A stretch of DNA of 64,000 nt from Prochlorococcus sp. AG-463-P14 (GCA_003209275.1 QCRX01000002.1:7132-71131); one strand, 5' to 3'. Shown: positions 1-9,926, counted from the stretch's first letter. The notes: generated from the sequence alone by a model not told the origin. Translations and numbers: made by a program.

Positions 1-857
1 TTACTGGAAAAGATCCCAACCAAACTGTTAATCCTGATGAAGTTGTAGCTGTAGGTGCAGCTATTCAGGGAGGTGTTTTAGCTGGTGAAGTTAAGGATAT
101 ATTGCTACTTGATGTAACTCCTCTTTCTTTAGGTGTTGAGACACTTGGCGGTGTTATGACCAAGATGATTACTCGTAACACTACAGTTCCTACAAAAAAA
201 GCAGAAACATATTCAACTGCAGTAGATGGTCAGACAAATGTCGAAATTCATGTTTTGCAAGGCGAAAGAGAGATGGCTTCTGATAATAAAAGTTTAGGAA
301 CCTTTCGCCTTGATGGTATTCCTCCAGCACCTCGAGGAGTCCCTCAAATTGAGGTTACTTTTGATATAGATGCAAATGGTATTTTAAGTGTTACAGCTAA
401 AGACAAAGGAAGTGGTAAAGAGCAAAGCATATCTATCACAGGAGCTTCCACTTTGTCTGATAATGAAGTAGATAATATGGTTAAAGATGCAGAGACAAAT
501 GCTTCTGCGGATAAAGAGAAGAGAGACCGCATTGATTTAAAGAATCAAGCGGAGACACTTGTTTATCAGACTGAAAAACAATTAGGAGAATTAGGAGATA
601 AGGTTGACTCAGAAGCCAAAGCTAAAGTAGAAGAAAAACGATTGAAGCTTAAAGAGGCTACAGATAAAGATGATTATGAAACTATGAAGTCTTTATTGGA
701 AGAACTACAGCAAGAACTTTATTCTTTAGGCGCGTCTGTTTATCAGCAAGCAGGTACTCCTAACCCTTCTTCTGCTCCAGGACCTGATGGCACTGGCCCC
801 TCAGGAAATGATGGTGATGATGATGTTATAGATGCAGAATTTACAGAGACAAAGTAG
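1..857 (+). CDS. dnaK: Hsp70 chaperone DnaK, C-terminal part (5' end outside the window; frame begins at nt 3)
   Basis: Frame is open from the window edge: [50 protein letters not shown]... This is the Hsp70 substrate-binding domain, helical lid and acidic tail [12 protein letters not shown]. Stop at 855-857. Confidence 0.95.
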   Translation, partial: TGKDPNQTVNPDEVVAVGAAIQGGVLAGEVKDILLLDVTPLSLGVETLGGVMTKMITRNTTVPTKKAETYSTAVDGQTNVEIHVLQGEREMASDNKSLGTFRLDGIPPAPRGVPQIEVTFDIDANGILSVTAKDKGSGKEQSISITGASTLSDNEVDNMVKDAETNASADKEKRDRIDLKNQAETLVYQTEKQLGELGDKVDSEAKAKVEEKRLKLKEATDKDDYETMKSLLEELQQELYSLGASVYQQAGTPNPSSAPGPDGTGPSGNDGDDDVIDAEFTETK

Positions 858-927
858 GACTATTAACATTCAAAGTTAATATATTCTCTTGTAGAATTTT
901 TACCAATTAATTCATTGTAAAGAAGAT

Positions 928-2016
928 TTAGCCATCTTCTTTTGAGATTTGTTCTCCGACCCATTCGGCAGTTACTGGTGCAAGAAGAATTCCATTGCGA
1001 TAGTGACCTGTAGCAAGGATTAGTCCTGGCTCGAGATTGTTTAATAGAGGAGCAGGATGGTTGACAGGTCTGCCACGAAGTCCATACCAATGCGAATTAA
1101 TAGATGCTTGCTTTAGCCAATCTGGTGCAAAGCCATTCATATTTTTCATTTGTTTTAGGGTTAAATTATTTGGAATATTTCCATGTTCTATAGTTGCTCC
1201 CAAAAGCAGTCTATCTTTTCCAGTAGGTATAAAATTAACTCCTTGACTAATTAATACTCCAGGCCATTTAGACAGGTCTTCTTCTGGTGAGTTTAGGTGA
1301 AGCTCAAGTGCTTGTCCAAGCACAGGTTCTATCTGATAGTTGTGGCCTAATGGTTGTAAAAGATCTTGGGCCCCTAATGCTGCACATATGATGACAGTAT
1401 CAAAACTCATATTCACTCCATTTTTTAAATGCACACGCCACCGATTCTCTGGTTTTGATGAACCCCTCTCAAGGGAAATAATCTTTTGATTTATTTCTGT
1501 TACCTTTAGCTCATTAAGGACATATTTCAAGTTTTTTTGAAGCTTGATTGGATCAATGCGTCCATCTTGATAAGACAGCAACCCTCCATATTTATTATTG
1601 GGCCAAGGAGTTTGAAATTGTTTTTTAGTTTGAGCTGGTACCATTTCCAAACCGAATTTTTTTCGATCTTTTGCTAGTGCCTCCATGAAGGAAGCTTCTT
1701 CTTTGGAGCTTGCTAATTGCAACAGAGGGTTTTGTAGCTCGAAGGGCACACTTTTATTGGAAAGCTTTTCTATCCACTTTGGCCAGAGTTGCATACTTCG
1801 TGCTCTTAGACGCCAAGCTCTACCTTTTGATCGTCGAAAGACATAGCCCATCAGGACACCTAGAGAGGCTTCAGTTCCTGATAGTTTTCCTGACCGATTT
1901 CCTGCCTTTAGTGTGTTTGGGTCGAAAAGACACACCTCGTTGCCAAGGCTCGCTAGATGCCAAGCGGTGCTATTACCAATTGCACCGGCGCCGATTATTG
2001 CAATAGATTGTGTCAG
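928..2016 (-). CDS. thiO: FAD-dependent glycine oxidase / D-amino-acid oxidase family protein (ThiO-like); 5' end uncertain with a probable non-canonical start
   Basis: The 335-aa track ORF has DAO-family features. In-frame upstream sequence encodes the Rossmann motif IAIIGAGAIGNSTAWHLA...LFD, which precedes the first canonical start (GTG 1935). The frame is open back to TAA 2034-2032. Candidate starts are CTG 2016 and ATT 2004. Confidence 0.75.
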   Translation of the reverse strand: MTQSIAIIGAGAIGNSTAWHLASLGNEVCLFDPNTLKAGNRSGKLSGTEASLGVLMGYVFRRSKGRAWRLRARSMQLWPKWIEKLSNKSVPFELQNPLLQLASSKEEASFMEALAKDRKKFGLEMVPAQTKKQFQTPWPNNKYGGLLSYQDGRIDPIKLQKNLKYVLNELKVTEINQKIISLERGSSKPENRWRVHLKNGVNMSFDTVIICAALGAQDLLQPLGHNYQIEPVLGQALELHLNSPEEDLSKWPGVLISQGVNFIPTGKDRLLLGATIEHGNIPNNLTLKQMKNMNGFAPDWLKQASINSHWYGLRGRPVNHPAPLLNNLEPGLILATGHYRNGILLAPVTAEWVGEQISKEDG

Positions 2017-2065
2017 TGGAGGAGCTTGGAATTAGAGAACTTCACGAGAGAATAGTTTTTTCTAT

Positions 2066-2929
2066 TTGTTTTGCGTGAGTTCTAAAACAGTTGTCTTGCA
2101 GCTTATCTGTCCTGATCAGCCAGGGCTAGTCAGTGAATTGGCTGGATGGGTCGCTACTAATGGAGGCAATATTCGTCATGCAGATCACCATACTGATGCT
2201 GGTGCAGAGCTTTTTCTTAGTCGTATTGAATGGGATCTTGAGGGCTTTGGAGTTAGTCGAGATTCCATTCCTATTGCTGTTAATGCTTTAGCAGATCGTT
2301 TAGGTGGTCAAGCTCACTTGAGCTTCTCAGATGAGTTGCCGAGAGTGGCAATCTTTGCAAGCAAGCAAAGCCATTGTCTTTTAGATCTGCTTTGGCGAAC
2401 TCGTAGTGGTGAGTTGCCAATGCAGGTTCCTTTGGTCATTTCAAATCATCGAGAACTTGAAACTCTATGTCGAGAATTTGGAGTTGTTTTTAATTTTGTT
2501 CCTACTAAGTTTGAGAGCAAGTCAGATTCAGAGAAAATGATTCTTGACTTGTTAACAAAACATCAGATTGATTTGATTGTACTGGCTAAGTATATGCAAA
2601 TTCTTAGCAGTGATTTCTTGGGAAAATTTTCAACAATTATCAATATTCACCATTCTTTTTTGCCAGCTTTCAAAGGAGCAAGACCATATCATCAAGCCTG
2701 GGACAGGGGAGTGAAATTAATAGGTGCTACTGCCCATTACGTCACAGAAGATCTTGATAACGGGCCTATTATTGAGCAATCTATAGCCCATGTTAGTCAT
2801 CGTGATGAAGTTGATGACCTCATCAGAAAAGGTAGAGATATTGAGCGAATTGCACTCGCAAGAGCAGTTCGGTTGCATTTGCGAAGTCAGGTGATGGTTT
2901 ACCGGGGACGTACAGCAGTATTTGCATGA
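2066..2929 (+). CDS. purU: Formyltetrahydrofolate deformylase
   Basis: N-terminal ACT-like segment (LICPDQPGLVSELAGWV) followed by a formyltransferase core (INIHHSFLPAFKGARPYHQA, GATAHYVTEDLDNGPII). TTG 2066 or GTG 2075 could be the start. Confidence 0.9.
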   Translation: MFCVSSKTVVLQLICPDQPGLVSELAGWVATNGGNIRHADHHTDAGAELFLSRIEWDLEGFGVSRDSIPIAVNALADRLGGQAHLSFSDELPRVAIFASKQSHCLLDLLWRTRSGELPMQVPLVISNHRELETLCREFGVVFNFVPTKFESKSDSEKMILDLLTKHQIDLIVLAKYMQILSSDFLGKFSTIINIHHSFLPAFKGARPYHQAWDRGVKLIGATAHYVTEDLDNGPIIEQSIAHVSHRDEVDDLIRKGRDIERIALARAVRLHLRSQVMVYRGRTAVFA

Positions 2930-4272
2930 TGGTGTCTCATTGGTTAGGACGTTCTCGTCCTGAGTCTGCAAATTCGGTTGGTTGGTTTGTTTTTCAACTA
3001 GGGCTTTTTTTCCTGGCTTCTAGTGCTTTTTTAGCGGGTTTGTTTTTACTTGTAGCTCTTTTGTTCAGTCGCCATCAGCGTGAGGGTTCTTATTTCAAGG
3101 ATCCGTGGAACTATCCATTGTTTATTGCGGGTGTTCTGATGGTGCTTGGCTGCTTGAGAGCGTATTCGGGTTGGCTTGCTTGGGTTGGTTTAGCTAATTG
3201 GCTTCCTTTCTTTTGGGGATTCTGGGGATTTCAAGCTTATTTGCTAACTATCGAGGCAAGGCGACGGTGCGCTTTTTGTCTTCTTGTAGGCACAGTGCCT
3301 GTTGTAATTACAGGATTTGGCCAGCTTTTGCTTGGATGGCAGGGACCGTGGCAATTATTTAATGGTTTGATTGTTTGGTTTATTGCACCAGGTGGTCAAC
3401 CAACAGGTCGCTTATCTGGCTTATTCGATTATGCAAATATTGCGGGTGCTTGGCTTGCTTTGGTTTGGCCTATTTCCTTGGCAACGGTAATTCAGCCTTC
3501 ATCGAATGTTCGTAATCGTGTTATTGCTTTTCTTTTGGCAGTGGGAATTGTTGCATCTTTGGTACTTACAGAGTCTAGAAATGCTTGGGGTGCATTGGTT
3601 GTAGCCATTCCATTTGTCTTAGGTCCTTCTCATTGGCCTTGGTTATTGCCTTTACTGCTTTTATCTCTGATGCCAATAGTCTTTGCAGTTCTGCCTTGGT
3701 TTGGTTTGGAACTCCAGCAATGGGCACGATCAATTGTTCCCGAAGGACTTTGGTCTCGTTTGAATGATATGCGATATACACAAGAAAGAGTGTTGGCATC
3801 TACTCGACTGAGTCAATGGCAAGAAGCGATAAAGCTTGTTATTGAAAGGCCATGGGTAGGTTGGGGTGCTGCAGCATTTTCGGTCATTTATCCATTACGA
3901 ACTGGACAGTGGCATGGACATGCGCATAATTTGCCATTGGAACTGGCCGTAAGCCATGGTTTTCTAGTAGCACTTTTAATAATCAGTACTGTGCTTGCTT
4001 TATTAATTACGGCGTTATATAGGGGAGTATTGACTAATAGGAAACAGCCTAAGGGTTCTATTGGCGCATCAACTTTCGATCGAGCATGGTGGTCAGCAAG
4101 TTTTGTTCTTGTAGTAATGCATGGAGCAGACATACCATTTTTTGATAGCCGATTAAATATTGCAGGCTGGGTTCTTTTGGCTGGGTTGAGATGTTTGATA
4201 ATGCCAAAAACTTCTATGGAAAAATTTCTTCGAAAGCCTCTTGATGATGTTGGATCAGTTTCTCTGGTTTGA
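2926..4272 (+). CDS. O-antigen ligase (Wzy_C/RfaL-like) family polytopic membrane protein, resembling the cyanobacterial IctB family
   Basis: 448 aa with about 10 hydrophobic helices and a Wzy_C-like loop (LTESRNAWGAL ... GWGAAAF ... HAHNLPLELAVSHG). Its ATG overlaps the purU stop (ATGA). Confidence 0.7.
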   Translation: MMVSHWLGRSRPESANSVGWFVFQLGLFFLASSAFLAGLFLLVALLFSRHQREGSYFKDPWNYPLFIAGVLMVLGCLRAYSGWLAWVGLANWLPFFWGFWGFQAYLLTIEARRRCAFCLLVGTVPVVITGFGQLLLGWQGPWQLFNGLIVWFIAPGGQPTGRLSGLFDYANIAGAWLALVWPISLATVIQPSSNVRNRVIAFLLAVGIVASLVLTESRNAWGALVVAIPFVLGPSHWPWLLPLLLLSLMPIVFAVLPWFGLELQQWARSIVPEGLWSRLNDMRYTQERVLASTRLSQWQEAIKLVIERPWVGWGAAAFSVIYPLRTGQWHGHAHNLPLELAVSHGFLVALLIISTVLALLITALYRGVLTNRKQPKGSIGASTFDRAWWSASFVLVVMHGADIPFFDSRLNIAGWVLLAGLRCLIMPKTSMEKFLRKPLDDVGSVSLV

Positions 4273-5839
4273 CTGGACCTTCAAGATGTGTCCAGGGAAG
4301 AACCCGTGTTGTACTCCAGTTCTCATGAATAATTTCTTCCCAAGGAGGAAGTCTGGTTTCGCTGATTAAGCGATCATTTTGTGTAAAAGCTGCTTTATAA
4401 GCTTGTTTCCAGCCCCCGAGTGTGTTGTGTGAACCACGTACTTGTGCAATAACTGGGGCTAAACGACGGTCACTTCGTGAGAGCAAAGTTTGGATAACAC
4501 TCCATCCGAAACTTTCCGCACGAAGATTAATTCCTTTTGGTCGAAGTAGTTTAGAAAGTAGTTGTATTCGCTTTTTAGCTTCAGGACGAAGCCCATTCCA
4601 TTGAAATGGTGTATGAGCTTTGGGGACAAATGTACTTATCCCAAAGTTGAAGCGTAGTCTTGAATTCTTTTCTTTTAAGTGGAGTAATAACTCTGCTGTC
4701 GCTTCTATGTCTACTTCGTCTTCGCTAGGCAAACCCACCATTCCGTATAGTTTTAGAGCTGTTAAGCCTCCTTCGCGAGCATATTGCGCAGCAGTAAAAA
4801 TTTCTTCTTCAGAAAGCTTTTTATTGACGACTCTACGCATTCGTTCACTGCCGCTTTCTATGGCAATAGTGAGTGATTTGCAACCATGTTGAGCAAGTAT
4901 TTTTGTCATATCAGATGAGACTGTAGAGGCTCGAACCGAACTGACACTTAGTCGAATATCGTCGAAACGATCCTGATCGAGCCAATGTAAAAGATCATTG
5001 AATTGAGGATGCTGTGTTACTGAAGCTCCAAGGAGCCCTAGTCTTTTTGTTGCGCTAAGACCTTTCTCTACAGCAGGGATTAGTCCGTCTTCAAGAGATG
5101 AGCTTCTGAAAGGAAGAGTTAAGTAACTAGCAAGACAAAATCGGCATAGTTCCGGACAACTACGTACAACTTCCACCATATGAATATTTGGCCACGCGGA
5201 ATCAGGTGTTATTACCGTTGAGTGAGATAAGGTGTTGCCTAACCATGTTTGCTTTGCAACTGAAGTAGGAACATTAGAGTTAGTAGGCCTTACTGCAATA
5301 AGCTTTCCGTCATTTGAGTATTGTGGCTCATATAAGCTTGGTACATAGATTCCAGGAATTTTAGTAAGAGCTATTAAGCGATCAGCTCTTGATAGTTGCC
5401 TGGATATAAGGATCTCTTCAATAAAGTTAGGTATAAGTTTTTCACCATCTCCTAACAGGATTACATCGAAGAAAGGAGCTAGTGGTTCTGGATTGCTAGT
5501 TAGTACTGGACCTCCACCAAATACTATTGGATCGTGATCTCCTCGACGATCACTCCATATAGGAATCCTTTGTTTTTCTAATAGATCTAGTAAAACTGGA
5601 CCATCTAATTCCCAGCTCAATGACAATCCAAAAAGGTCAATTTGTTTATGTGGGGGGTCTCCTTGGTCTGTAAATAAACGTCGAATGTCTACATCTGTCC
5701 TTTGTGCAAGAGTAGACCAGACAACTTGATATCCAAGACTTGTGATTCCAATCGTATAGGTATTTGGAAAGGCAAGAACAGTCTTTAAAGCTCCAGGTTC
5801 TGGAGTGGAAGGTGTAAATAGCAGAGTTTCGTTGTTCAG
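4214..5839 (-). CDS. B12-binding-domain radical SAM protein (function unknown); start proposed at CTG 5839
   Basis: Radical SAM cluster motif SCPELCRFC (CxxxCxxC) and an elongator/TIM-barrel-like core. A 71-codon stop-free in-frame extension lies upstream of the track start (TTG 5626) and reads like the N-terminal B12-binding-like domain (LLFTPSTPEPGALKTVLAFPNTYTIGITSLGYQVVWSTLA). Confidence 0.8.
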   Translation of the reverse strand: MNNETLLFTPSTPEPGALKTVLAFPNTYTIGITSLGYQVVWSTLAQRTDVDIRRLFTDQGDPPHKQIDLFGLSLSWELDGPVLLDLLEKQRIPIWSDRRGDHDPIVFGGGPVLTSNPEPLAPFFDVILLGDGEKLIPNFIEEILISRQLSRADRLIALTKIPGIYVPSLYEPQYSNDGKLIAVRPTNSNVPTSVAKQTWLGNTLSHSTVITPDSAWPNIHMVEVVRSCPELCRFCLASYLTLPFRSSSLEDGLIPAVEKGLSATKRLGLLGASVTQHPQFNDLLHWLDQDRFDDIRLSVSSVRASTVSSDMTKILAQHGCKSLTIAIESGSERMRRVVNKKLSEEEIFTAAQYAREGGLTALKLYGMVGLPSEDEVDIEATAELLLHLKEKNSRLRFNFGISTFVPKAHTPFQWNGLRPEAKKRIQLLSKLLRPKGINLRAESFGWSVIQTLLSRSDRRLAPVIAQVRGSHNTLGGWKQAYKAAFTQNDRLISETRLPPWEEIIHENWSTTRVLPWTHLEGPVKPEKLIQHHQEAFEEIFP

Positions 5840-7308
5840 AGTTGATTATTGGGAGGGGGAGGTGGTCCAAAGGACTGCCGATGTCGAAAAGATTTTGTTA
5901 ATGAAGAAAGTATGTCTCTTGGTTCTTGAGATCGCTTTTCACTAGTTTTTAACTGATCTGTTTCCATGTTGATTTGCCGCTCATAAATTGAGTGTTCATT
6001 GAAAAGTCGGGCAATCACAAAACTAGTAATACAAGCTACTAGAAGTGGTTTAAGTATTAGTAGATCTTTCGTTAGTGCAAAAGCTAAGAACATTGCTGTG
6101 ATAGGAGTTCTTGAGCAAGCCGCAACGAATGCACCCATGCCAGCAAATATGTAGGTGCTTGGTACGTGACCTGTTAGGGCTTCAACCCATCCTCCGCAAG
6201 CCAAACCAATTGAACCGCCAAGAGTCAACATTGGGTAAAACAGTCCACCAGGAGCTCCTGACGCAGCTGCCAATCCTGACGTAATAAATAGGACAAGAAA
6301 TGTACCTAGTGCCAGGGAGATATCTGCATTGCCATCTGCAATAAAATCTTGGAGCTTCCCTAAATGGTGAAAAGCGTCTGGTAGGCAGGCGTATATGAAT
6401 CCAAGGAATATTCCGCTAAGAGACATTTTCAGGACAAGTCTTTCTCCTAGCCAAGCATTGCCTATACATTGCATTGTTAATACATATCGACAATATGTTT
6501 CAGCTAAAATTCCAACAATTATTCCAAGACCAATTAGATAGCCAAGATCTATTGGTAAGAACTCGACTAATGGAGTGAACTTACGCTCTAATTGAAAACC
6601 TAGATTGCTATCAAAGCCACCTGCAGTGGGATCTAGCCCAATTGCTTGTAATACATCAGCCCAGGTGTCAGCCCAGAAAGTTGTAATCACAACCAGAAGT
6701 AAAATTACAGGTCTTGCTGAATTAAGGAGTTCTTCTATTGCGTAAATAAAGCCTCCAATAGGCGCACTAAAGATTGCTGCTAACCCTGCACCACCACCTG
6801 CAGCAACTATTACTCTTCGAAATGCTATTGGTGCTTTGAGCCATCTTGCCATTTGCCAAGCCACTGATCCCCCCATTTGAACTGCTGGACCTTCCGGCCC
6901 AAGCGGGAATCCACTGCCAATTGCGATTATTCCTGAAACTAATTTGACCAATCCAACTCTGATACCCATTGGCACTGTTCGATGACGTAGAAATCCCATG
7001 ATGTGACTAACGCCTGATCCGCTTGCAGCTGGTGCAAATCTTGCGATCAAAGACCCTGAAATAAATCCTCCGACTCCTCCCATGGATGGCAACAAAAACC
7101 AAGGTGGGATTTCAGTAAGAAGATTTAGTCGCCATTCATCAAGAGTATGAACGCCTGTTTTAAAAAGCACCCCTGTTAAAGCTGCACCTAAGCCAGTCAG
7201 CATGAGAGCTACGACTACAACAAACCAGCGCTGTTTTAATAATTTGCGAATGCTTTGATTAGGAGCTATCTTCTGTCTTTTTTGTTTTAAATTATTTAGT
7301 ACAGACAT
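5836..7308 (-). CDS. ClC-family voltage-gated chloride channel / H+-Cl- antiporter
   Basis: 490 aa, polytopic, with ClC selectivity motifs (GSGVSH, GFPLGPEGPAVQMG, GGLFYP). Confidence 0.85.
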   Translation of the reverse strand: MSVLNNLKQKRQKIAPNQSIRKLLKQRWFVVVVALMLTGLGAALTGVLFKTGVHTLDEWRLNLLTEIPPWFLLPSMGGVGGFISGSLIARFAPAASGSGVSHIMGFLRHRTVPMGIRVGLVKLVSGIIAIGSGFPLGPEGPAVQMGGSVAWQMARWLKAPIAFRRVIVAAGGGAGLAAIFSAPIGGFIYAIEELLNSARPVILLLVVITTFWADTWADVLQAIGLDPTAGGFDSNLGFQLERKFTPLVEFLPIDLGYLIGLGIIVGILAETYCRYVLTMQCIGNAWLGERLVLKMSLSGIFLGFIYACLPDAFHHLGKLQDFIADGNADISLALGTFLVLFITSGLAAASGAPGGLFYPMLTLGGSIGLACGGWVEALTGHVPSTYIFAGMGAFVAACSRTPITAMFLAFALTKDLLILKPLLVACITSFVIARLFNEHSIYERQINMETDQLKTSEKRSQEPRDILSSLTKSFRHRQSFGPPPPPNNQL

Positions 7309-7322
7309 TAATAAGATCTAGA

Positions 7323-9926
7323 TTATTTATTAGTATTCAAAATATCTTCTTCTTTTTCAGCATTAATAATGCCACCTTGCATAATAAATTCTGGTATTTG
7401 ATCGAAATTTAGATATCTATATAGTTCAGAGGCTAGAGGATCTATTTTTTTTGTTGCTATAGAAAGATATTCTTTCATGGTAGGAATATGTCCTGACAAA
7501 GCACAGACTGCTGCTAACTCGGCACTGCCTAGATAAACCTGTGCTCCTTTTCCAAGCCTATTGTTGAAATTTCGAGTGCTTGTAGAAAATACAGTTGTAT
7601 TGTCTTCTACTCGTGCTTGATTTCCCATACATAAAGAACATCCTGGCATCTCCATTCGACATCCTGCTTTTTCAAAAATCTGATAATAACCTTCTTTTTT
7701 CAGCATTTCTTCATCCATTCTTGTAGGTGGGCATACCCATAATCTTGCTTGAATTGTTCCAGCACCTTCTAAAACTTTTGCGGCTGCTCGATAGTGACCA
7801 ATATTAGTCATACAAGATCCAATAAACACTTCTTGGATTGGCTCTCCGGCGACCTCATTCAGAAGTTTTACATTGTCAGGATCATTTGGGCATGCAAGAA
7901 CAGGCTCAGTTAATTTTTCAAGGTCTATTTCAATGATTTCAGCATACTCAGCATTTGGATCAGCACTTATTAAGTTGGGTTTTTTTAGCCAATCTTCCAT
8001 TCCTTTTATTCTTCTTTGAAGTGTCCTTGAGTCTTGGTACCCACGGCTAATCATATTTTTTAATAATGCAATATTACTGCGAAGGTATTCAGCAACCGTG
8101 TTTTCAGATAGCTTGATTGTGCAGCCTCCACAAGATCTTTCTGCACTAGCGTCAGTTAATTCGAATGCTTGCTCAAGCTTGAGGTTTGGCAATCCCTCGA
8201 TTTCCATGATTCTGCCATTGAAAATATTAATCTTGTTAGATTTTTCTACTGTTAGCAGTCCATTTTGAATTGCCATCCAAGGGATTGCATTCACTACATC
8301 TCTCAGGGTTATGCCTGTTTGCAATTTACCTTTGAATCTCACTAGAACAGATTCGGGCATATCAAGAGGCATCGACCCTATAGCTGCGGCAAATGCAACA
8401 ACTCCTGAACCACCAGGAAATGAAATGCCTAATGGAAATCGTGTGTGACTATCGCCACCAGTCCCAACCGTGTCTGGCAGTAGCATGCGGTTTAACCAGC
8501 TATGTATGATTCCGTCTCCTGGGCGTAGTGCAATTCCACCTCTTTCAGAGAAGAAGTCTGGTAATTCTTTTTGTGTTTCTAGATCTATAGGTTTGGGATA
8601 GGCGGCAGTATGGCAGAAACTTTGCATTACCAAATCTGCAGAAAATCCAAGACAAGCTAGTTCTTTCATTTCATCGCGAGTCATTGGTCCGGTAGTGTCT
8701 TGGCTACCTACAGTTGTCATAAGAGGTTCACAGCTTGTACCTGGCCTGACCCCTTCGATACCACATGCTCGACCAACTATTTTTTGAGCTTGTGTAAATC
8801 CAATGTTTGAATCTTTTGTCTTGCCTGGACGAATAAATATTTCTGATGGTTCGAGGTTCATTTTTGCTCGCACTTTGTCTGTAAGTGCTCGTCCAATCAT
8901 TAAGGGAATTCTCCCTCCTGCTTGTATCTCATCGCCAATAGTTATTGGATTTAAGTCAAATTTGCAGATTATTTCACCAGCATTTTTCTCTCCAGCTGCT
9001 CTCTCGATTGTTCTATTAAGAGGACGAATTATAATGACATCTCCTGTTTGTAGATTACTGACATCACATTCGATGGGTAATGCACCAGAGTCTTGAGCAG
9101 TATTAAAGAAAATTGGAGCGATTTTTCCTCCTATGATTACTCCTCCAGCACGTTTATTGGGTATATATGGAATGTCATTACCTGTGTGCCAAAGTACGGA
9201 GTTAATGGCTGATTTTCTTGAGCTTCCAGTTCCTACTACATCACCTACGTAGGCAACTGGATATCCTTTTTCTTTAAGTTTAGCAATAGTCTTGATCCCA
9301 TTAGGATCTCGTGTTTCAAGCATTGCTAAAGCATGAAGAGGTATATCTGGTCTGGTAGTTGCATGTGTTGCCGGGGATAGATCGTCTGTATTTGTTTCGC
9401 CGTTTATTTTGAAGACAGTTAAGGTAATTTCTTTTGCCAGACTTGGCTTAGATGTGAACCATTCGGCAGCAGCCCAACTTTCAATTACTTGTTTGGCAAA
9501 TTGGTTGTTAGAAGATAAATCTATTAAGTCATTTACAGCGTCATATACAAGAAGAGTTTTGCTCAGTCCCTTTGCAGCGGTGTTCGCAATTTCTTGATCA
9601 GGACTTTGTAGCAGTTCAATAAGTGCATTTACGTTGTATCCGCCAACCATTGTTCCTAGAAGGCGAGTAGCCTCTATTGCTCCAATTAATGGACTGTTTA
9701 TCTTGTTTTGAGCGATTGCGTTTAACCAGGTCGCTTTCACATAAGCTGCTGTATCTACCCCAGGCGGAATGCGATCACTTAATAAGTGAATTAGTGAACT
9801 CTCTTCTCCACTAGGAGGATTTTGGAGCAATAGAGTGAGCTCTTGAGTTTGATCGGCATTTAGTGGTAGCGCTGGAATTCCCAGTGCTTCACGTTCTTTT
9901 GCTAATTGGCGATAGACACTCAGCAT
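7323..9926 (-). CDS. acnB: Aconitate hydratase B (bifunctional aconitase / 2-methylisocitrate dehydratase)
   Basis: 867 aa with the AcnB-specific N-terminal HEAT-like domain (MLSVYRQLAKEREALGIPALPL) and aconitase Fe-S ligand regions (GSCMTN, CSLCMGNQA). Confidence 0.95.
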   Translation of the reverse strand: MLSVYRQLAKEREALGIPALPLNADQTQELTLLLQNPPSGEESSLIHLLSDRIPPGVDTAAYVKATWLNAIAQNKINSPLIGAIEATRLLGTMVGGYNVNALIELLQSPDQEIANTAAKGLSKTLLVYDAVNDLIDLSSNNQFAKQVIESWAAAEWFTSKPSLAKEITLTVFKINGETNTDDLSPATHATTRPDIPLHALAMLETRDPNGIKTIAKLKEKGYPVAYVGDVVGTGSSRKSAINSVLWHTGNDIPYIPNKRAGGVIIGGKIAPIFFNTAQDSGALPIECDVSNLQTGDVIIIRPLNRTIERAAGEKNAGEIICKFDLNPITIGDEIQAGGRIPLMIGRALTDKVRAKMNLEPSEIFIRPGKTKDSNIGFTQAQKIVGRACGIEGVRPGTSCEPLMTTVGSQDTTGPMTRDEMKELACLGFSADLVMQSFCHTAAYPKPIDLETQKELPDFFSERGGIALRPGDGIIHSWLNRMLLPDTVGTGGDSHTRFPLGISFPGGSGVVAFAAAIGSMPLDMPESVLVRFKGKLQTGITLRDVVNAIPWMAIQNGLLTVEKSNKINIFNGRIMEIEGLPNLKLEQAFELTDASAERSCGGCTIKLSENTVAEYLRSNIALLKNMISRGYQDSRTLQRRIKGMEDWLKKPNLISADPNAEYAEIIEIDLEKLTEPVLACPNDPDNVKLLNEVAGEPIQEVFIGSCMTNIGHYRAAAKVLEGAGTIQARLWVCPPTRMDEEMLKKEGYYQIFEKAGCRMEMPGCSLCMGNQARVEDNTTVFSTSTRNFNNRLGKGAQVYLGSAELAAVCALSGHIPTMKEYLSIATKKIDPLASELYRYLNFDQIPEFIMQGGIINAEKEEDILNTNK

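Noticed and set aside
5646-5870. 74-aa minus-strand ORF between the radical SAM ORF and the ClC gene
   Set aside because: It is out of frame with, and fully covered by, the much more protein-like 71-codon N-terminal extension of the radical SAM gene and the ClC 3' end. Its Cys/Ser/Arg-rich composition is typical of a shadow frame.
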